Made by a program: the position numbers and the translations under genes. Shown one piece after another: positions 36,470-42,117 of a DNA stretch of 42,117 nucleotides (positions are counted from its first letter, which is position 1; each line of letters opens with the position of its first letter). The notes under the pieces are model-generated. The model ran no database searches, was not told where the DNA came from, and saw nothing but the letters and a program-made list of their open reading frames with translations. This DNA is from Octopus bimaculoides. Taxonomy: Eukaryota. The stretch is from NCBI RefSeq assembly GCF_001194135.2, contig NC_068986.1, positions 83,539,969 through 83,582,085 on the forward strand. Direction: 5' to 3'.

Positions 36470-36620
36470 ATGCCTATATCTGATTTTTTTTTCAAGTGAG
36501 GAATGGCTTTATACAAGGCCAATCACACTCTCTAAATAACGTATGCAATTGCCCTTCAAAAGAAGTAATCTACGTCATTGGATGTAAACGAAGTTGTAGA
36601 TGTTACATCAGAATTATCTT
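36470..36620 (+). mobile_element. Short Penelope GIY-YIG fragment
   Basis: CNCPSKEVIYVIGCKRSCRCYI resembles the PLE C.S.nvIY.I.C..C..YIG motif. Confidence 0.5.
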
Positions 36621-36684
36621 TCTCCTTGAGAGGTATCTAAACGTACATACATACATACATAGATACATACATACATACATACAT

Positions 36685-37484
36685 GCAAGAAGTTTATCAT
36701 GGACCAATTGCCGGATTACTACCTCCCACTTTGAAGGGTATGCGTTTGCAATCCAGGAACAGGAAATATCAACCAAGTACCTGATGCACAAAAGGGATAG
36801 AGATGCAGGCAAAGCAGTAAAATGTGGCAACCGATGCAGAATTTGTGGAGTTCACACTGAAGATATCATCCACATTATAAGCAGTTGTCCGAAAATGTCA
36901 TCACGGTATTATCTATCGATGAGACATGATGTTGTAGCTAAGACACTCTGTAATGAAATCCGTCGGAAGGATAATCCCGAGGACAAAGAAATAAGAACCC
37001 ACTATATGGTAGAAGCCATAGCCACTCATAATAAAAACGAAAGCTGGTGGAATGTACTAGTGAAAACCTCAATAAAATTTTAAGCACAACAGATCTGATA
37101 TAATGATTTGGGATAGAGAAGAGAAACTGTGAACAGTTGTGGAAATTAGCTGCCCAGCAGATGTTAACATAAAAGCTGAAGATCAGTGAAAAAGAGAACA
37201 CCTATGCTGAACTACTGAGAAATCTGCAGTTACTCTATCCAGATTACAAATTCAGGTTTATACCTGTAATTATTGGGGCTCTGGAATATATAACACACTG
37301 CCTAAATACCAAATCTTGAGAAATTAGGCTTCTCAAAACCAGAAAGGAGAAAGCTAATTCGAAGACTACAGGTCTAATTCATCACTGAAACTGTAAGAAT
37401 CTGTAAAATTTTCCAGAAGTTTATCATTTAAATATATATGAGCGTGTCTAGATTTGCAACTATACGCATGAGAATACATACATA
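36685..37484 (+). mobile_element. RLE-endonuclease (R4/Dong-like) LINE, 5'-truncated, 3' end present
   Basis: FEGYAFAIQEQEISTKYL; CRICGVHTEDIIHIISSCPKMSSRYYLSMRHDVVAK; RSDIMIWDR..VVEISCP (PD-(D/E)xK nuclease); KENTYAELLRNLQLLYPDYKFRFIPVIIGAL; stop at 37429-37431. Related to the 20886 copy. Confidence 0.9.
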
Positions 37485-37504
37485 AAATATACAAATATGC
37501 ACAT

Positions 37505-37615
37505 ACATGTTGTTGGCACTCCGTCGCTTACAACGTCGAGGGTTCCAGTTGATCTGATCAATGGAACAGCCTGCTCATGAAATTAACGTGCAAATGGCTG
37601 AGCACTCCACACACA
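37505..37615 (+). mobile_element. Interspersed repeat (probable SINE body) fragment
   Basis: GGCACTCCGTCGCTTACAACGTCGAGGGTTCCAGTTGATCTGATCAATGGAACAGCCTGCTCATGAAATTAACGTGCAAATGGCTGAGCACTCC resembles an abundant octopus repeat from recall; not verified by search. Confidence 0.5.
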
Positions 37616-37619
37616 CTTA

Positions 37620-37955
37620 TCTGCATTTCGAGCACGGCTGTTTCACTGATAACCGCAGGGCCCTGTTTTCTTTCATATTTACTAACATTTTAATCTTCAC
37701 AAGTTTATTCCAAGGCCTCTTGATTCTAAGTTTTCTAAAAACTCTACTATAAGTACTAGACTATCAGTATAGAGAAGTTACCAAAGACAGTTGGCAGTAA
37801 TTTACTGTTATGACTTGGCAAATTATAATATATTGAACGGTGCTGAGAACTGAGCCTTCATGAGCACCTACTTGCTCGGTAAATTCTTCACTGAACTCAT
37901 TGTCAACTGGCAGTGATTGCATCTCTGTACATAGCTTATAGCACTCTTAGGAGAT
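37620..37955 (-). mobile_element. Highly decayed RTE-type reverse transcriptase fragment
   Basis: AMYRDA..NEFSEEF..VGAHEGSVLS matches the G(V)HQGSVLSP motif region; the YADD region is degraded. Confidence 0.6.
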
Positions 37956-37965
37956 ATTCATATAT

Positions 37966-38690
37966 ACTGTTTACAGCAGTGCTTGTAAGGAAGGTGTGTA
38001 GCGTGTAATCATCGCATTGGTCATAACAGAGAAAGTTGAGCAGAGAATCTGCATAAAATTTTACCAAAAGCTTGGCGATACCTACTCAGAGGCCTACTCA
38101 AAGTTTTCAAAACGTTTTCATCGTTCTCGACACAATCAAAGAGATCTTGTGCAACTGAAACCTGAGTGTCTCTTTTGTCAGCTGAAAGCAGTTTTGGCAC
38201 AAACTTGCCAGACAAGCGTCTCATACCCAAATCTTCTGTGATAATGGACTGAACTAAACCGTAACTAATTTGCACGTCCTCTGATAACTCACGGATGGTG
38301 ATTCGACGATTTCCCCTCACAGCTGCACACACATCTGTGATGTCATTCTCAGTTCTGCTGGTTACAAGTCTCCCAGAACGTTCGTCAATATCAACATTTT
38401 TTCGGCCATCTTGGAAACACCTAAACCACTCGTAGACTTGTGTGCAGCTCATACACACCTCTCTAACCACTTTCTGCAACTTTGCGTAAGCCTCTGAGTA
38501 GGTATTCCATGATAACTTTCTCTTTCATTGTCAATGCAACGATCACACGCTACACACCTTCCTTCCAAGTACTGGTGTAAACAGCAGAAGTAAACTAGAA
38601 CGCTAAAACTTAGTGCGCATGCACAGCGGAGTCCAAGATCAATCTGTGTCGGGAGGCTTCACTCTGTATGGAAAAATTCAGAAGTTCGGT
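37966..38690 (-). mobile_element. mariner (Mos1-like) transposase 5' portion with inverted duplication of its start
   Basis: QVYEWFRCFQDGRKNVDIDERSGR..NRRITIRELSEDVQISYG..IITEDLGMRRLSGKFVPKLL (HTH plus WVPR-like linker). 37966-38105 is an inverted copy of 38480-38587 encoding EQRICIKFYQKLG. Confidence 0.88.
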
Positions 38691-38699
38691 CGTTCGTTA

Positions 38700-39191
38700 G
38701 TGGCGCAAATGATGATGTGTTCGCTTAATGCTATTTTTCTGTATTCCCTGATTTTAATCTGGGATATATGTACGGTCATCCTCTGGCGTAGACTGTTTTT
38801 TGGTTGGGCCTATGTATTGCTCTTGACACCCTGAGCAAGTTAACACATATATTAGGTTTTCCGAAGCACATGTGAAGTTGTTTTTCAATGTAAGATATTG
38901 TCTCTGTTTGAAGAACTCCGATCTTTTAATTAGGTTGACGCATATACCACAGTTAGGTCTTCCGCATTTTTTTTACTGACGGTTTCAATGTTGTTAGTAG
39001 ACTTTTCATTGACTTGGGTCGTCTTTTGCTCTTGATGATGGTGTGCGTTTGGCGGATTTGATTCATTCTGTGGTCCCTTTTTAGTAAAAAAAATGTTCTG
39101 GAGGATGGTGTCGAAGGCTTCATTGTTTAGGGACTTGCGTGTAGATATGTATGGTAGGGCTTTTGGTTGTAAACCTTTCCTTAGTTTGGGA
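38700..39191 (-). mobile_element. Penelope-like element endonuclease-region fossil
   Basis: Frameshifted LPYIST..; KKCGRPNCGICVNL..; FTCASENLIYVLTCSGCQEQYIG; KNSLRQRMTVH..IALSEH (GIY-YIG). Confidence 0.8.
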
Positions 39192-39506
39192 NNNNNNNNN
39201 NNNNNNNNNNNNNNNNNNNNNNNNNNNNNNNNNNNNNNNNNNNNNNNNNNNNNNNNNNNNNNNNNNNNNNNNNNNNNNNNNNNNNNNNNNNNNNNNNNNN
39301 NNNNNNNNNNNNNNNNNNNNNNNNNNNNNNNNNNNNNNNNNNNNNNNNNNNNNNNNNNNNNNNNNNNNNNNNNNNNNNNNNNNNNNNNNNNNNNNNNNNN
39401 NNNNNNNNNNNNNNNNNNNNNNNNNNNNNNNNNNNNNNNNNNNNNNNNNNNNNNNNNNNNNNNNNNNNNNNNNNNNNNNNNNNNNNNNNNNNNNNNNNNN
39501 NNNNNN

Positions 39507-39562
<56 letters not shown>

Positions 39563-42028
39563 GAGAGAGACAGACAGAAAAAAGGAAAATGTCCTACTAT
39601 TTGATGACTATGGAAATATTTAAAAAAAAAACATTTCATTAAATTTTTCTTCAATTCAATTGTTTTCCTTGCTTTACCCTAAGTTGAAAAAGTCGAAAAG
39701 TCTGAACCGGGTACTAAAATGTTCTTCATGATAAAATTATTTTGGTATTTTCTACCTTGTCTTATTTTCCTTATTACTGCTCTGAAATCACACGCGCTCG
39801 CGCGCGCACACATTTTGCATTCCTTTTTCTATATTCCTGAATATTCTTATAATAACCAAATTGAATGGGTGGGGAAAACACAACGATGGGTCAGAGATGC
39901 AACATGCTGAAATAGCAGACAGGAAGTGAGTGGAGTAAAGAAGGTCGGTTGATTTCAGTAGAGAAGAGTGAGTGTGAGGTAAGGGAAGAAAGCGTGACAA
40001 CTGCTACAGAATGTTGTGAAGTATTTGTGAAGTAAGTTTATACATGAATGTGTGAGCAAGATTGTGTGTGAATGCGTGTATGTATATATATGCAATACCG
40101 AGAATAAATGTGTGGAGATGTGAGCAAAGCGTGAAGTTACATTAGTGGTGTGAGTTGGTCATTATAGTGTGTAGTGGATGCGTGGAATAATGAATGAAAG
40201 TGTATGAGCAAAAACGGAGTTAAATTACATGTGTGGTCGTTTGTCAGTGTGTATGGAAAGATAATAAAGATAATAAAGCTACTAGTAATAGTAGCTATGG
40301 CCAAATGGAGGATTAACTGTTCGAGACAAAGTTGGATGTTGTGTAATTCTACAATCAGCGAGATGCTAATGGTAGTGGTCTGGAGAATTAAATGGTGGGC
40401 CACTTATTGATCCAGTGTTGTTGCGTCGGATGCCCAACATATGTTCTCTAAAATTGATCAATTTATCAGTCAACCTCTGATCAGTATACACAGTAATCGA
40501 CAGAAATGGTAAATGTCATCTGCAGCATTAGCAGATGACATTGCATATAATAGATGCTAACTTCTTGATATTTACAATAAGTAAAAGAATAGAACGCAAT
40601 AAAAGTTGAGATGGCCTACGTACAACGGCACAAAATGTAAGTACAAAATGTTTTCAAACGGGATTAAGTTATAGACCGAAACTTTAGTCTTATCTTATTT
40701 CTCTTGTTAAAATAATTATTCAAGTTCGGTACATCTTTCGTATTCTCAATAGTCGATAACAGATTTTGGAGTTCTCTCTGTTGTATTTCTTTACAAGAAC
40801 TATGATTAACATAATGATTTTGCTTTTTTAACTACTGCTCTAATTTTGATTGATTAAAAGAAGCTTCTGTTTTCTGACAACATTAAGTGTCTTAGTCACC
40901 ACTTAACTTATCTTAGTTATGACTAAGATGTGTTATAATAATATATGATGTATATAATTGAAATTGATTTCTTTATAATCAGATTAAGTATGCTTGTTTT
41001 TTAGCTGACGATATTAAACATGTTAGTCAACACTCAACTATATTACAGTAGTGGTATGACATATCTCCGACAAATCCTTGCGCCACAGAAATCTGCATTC
41101 CTGAAGATCTTGCCATTATGCAAAATTCCTTAAAGTGAGGCCTATTTCCAATCTACGATTATTAGACTTAATTATTTGAGTCCCAATTAAGCCTCTCCTA
41201 CCATAACCACCATCTCCTTTCTCTTTAATTTTAATTTTTAACAAGAGTATGTTGCACTCGTATCTAATGCTTAATTGCTTTTATTTACTTTGTCTTGGGT
41301 TCAATTTTTGCTTTTCACATTTCAAATCCTAATGTAATAAAACGAATAGCGTAAAGATACATATATAATTATCTATACTTGATCTTTAGGCTTCGATAAA
41401 GAATCAGTCTAACGGACTCCAACCCACATCCCCCACCTCTGACAGGCCCACTAACCGGTATAGTGGCTATAAATCTCATCTTACCCCCCACCTACTAACT
41501 AAAATCTTAATGTACTTCTATCCCTTTAACGGTCATTATTGCTTATGTTTATTTCTCTCATTCAAGACCAGCTTTGGCTGGCGGCTTGGCGCATTCCCAC
41601 TGCGTTCATGGATTGTTCTTCTATTGCTTTGAAATTATATGTATCATTTGATGAAAACGGTTTTTTGCTCTGATATAATGTACTCATTCATCTATTAAAA
41701 ATGGAATGAACTGACATTTATTCGTCGTTTGTTATTTATCTATTTGCTTATAATACACCAAAAGGATTTCATGACCCGTCGGACATCCTAGAGAATACCA
41801 AACACTGTGTGATAAACACGACGCACGCTTTGGACCAGCCCTTAGGCTTTGAATACTCGTAAGGGTTAAATTCTCAGTGTGCACAGCCTGAATATTTTAC
41901 TGGATGCACTTCAGTACCCAGTATATTTATTCGACTAAAGGTGATGCTTACAGGTTAATTCGACCCAACCTGCTGCATATCATTCGAGTACCTGATTCTC
42001 TCCCGAATCCTTAATATTGTGTGTGCAT

Positions 42029-42029
<1 letters not shown>

Positions 42030-42117
<88 letters not shown>
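42030..42117. repeat. (TA)n microsatellite
   Basis: Direct reading at the window end. Confidence 0.95.

Noticed and set aside
36496-37083. 195-aa ORF looking like a GIY-YIG plus RLE nuclease fusion
   Set aside because: It is a chance in-frame join of a Penelope fragment, a (TACA)n tract (HTYIHRYIHTYIH) and a separate RLE LINE.
40655-40700. GACC-GAAA-CTTTAG-TC as a hammerhead 3' half
   Set aside because: The CUGANGA core and stem I are missing; at most a very old remnant.
1-42117. CRISPR arrays, operons, rRNA or prokaryotic defence systems
   Set aside because: No repeat-spacer periodicity or gene-dense architecture; the sequence is eukaryotic repeat-rich DNA.

Overview
AT-rich, microsatellite-saturated eukaryotic DNA with twelve N gaps. 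The SINE and LINE complement points to a coleoid cephalopod, most likely Octopus (inference, no search run). It reads as intronic or intergenic sequence filled with transposon fossils: RTE LINEs, RLE-endonuclease (R4/Dong-like) LINEs, Penelope GIY-YIG fragments, Tc1/mariner and pogo/Tigger transposases, a hAT MITE with an 8-bp TSD, an internally deleted Helitron and many tRNA-derived SINEs. No intact, confidently named host gene is present, and most listed ORFs are microsatellite or N-gap artefacts. The notable signals are: (1) two minimal type-I hammerhead ribozyme motifs of the Penelope type (128-190 minus; 30519-30563 plus); (2) a 79-nt hairpin with pre-miRNA geometry (16253-16331); (3) a CpG-rich cluster of NRF1/ETS/YY1/E2F-like sites that looks like a housekeeping, possibly bidirectional promoter (31726-31870), with an unassigned 179-codon open frame 3.2 kb downstream on the minus strand; (4) two related RLE LINE copies that both start directly after a (TACA)n tract; (5) a tiny (AC)n-containing insertion element present twice; (6) a 278-bp near-perfect foldback. 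I cannot demonstrate a wholly new system from sequence alone.
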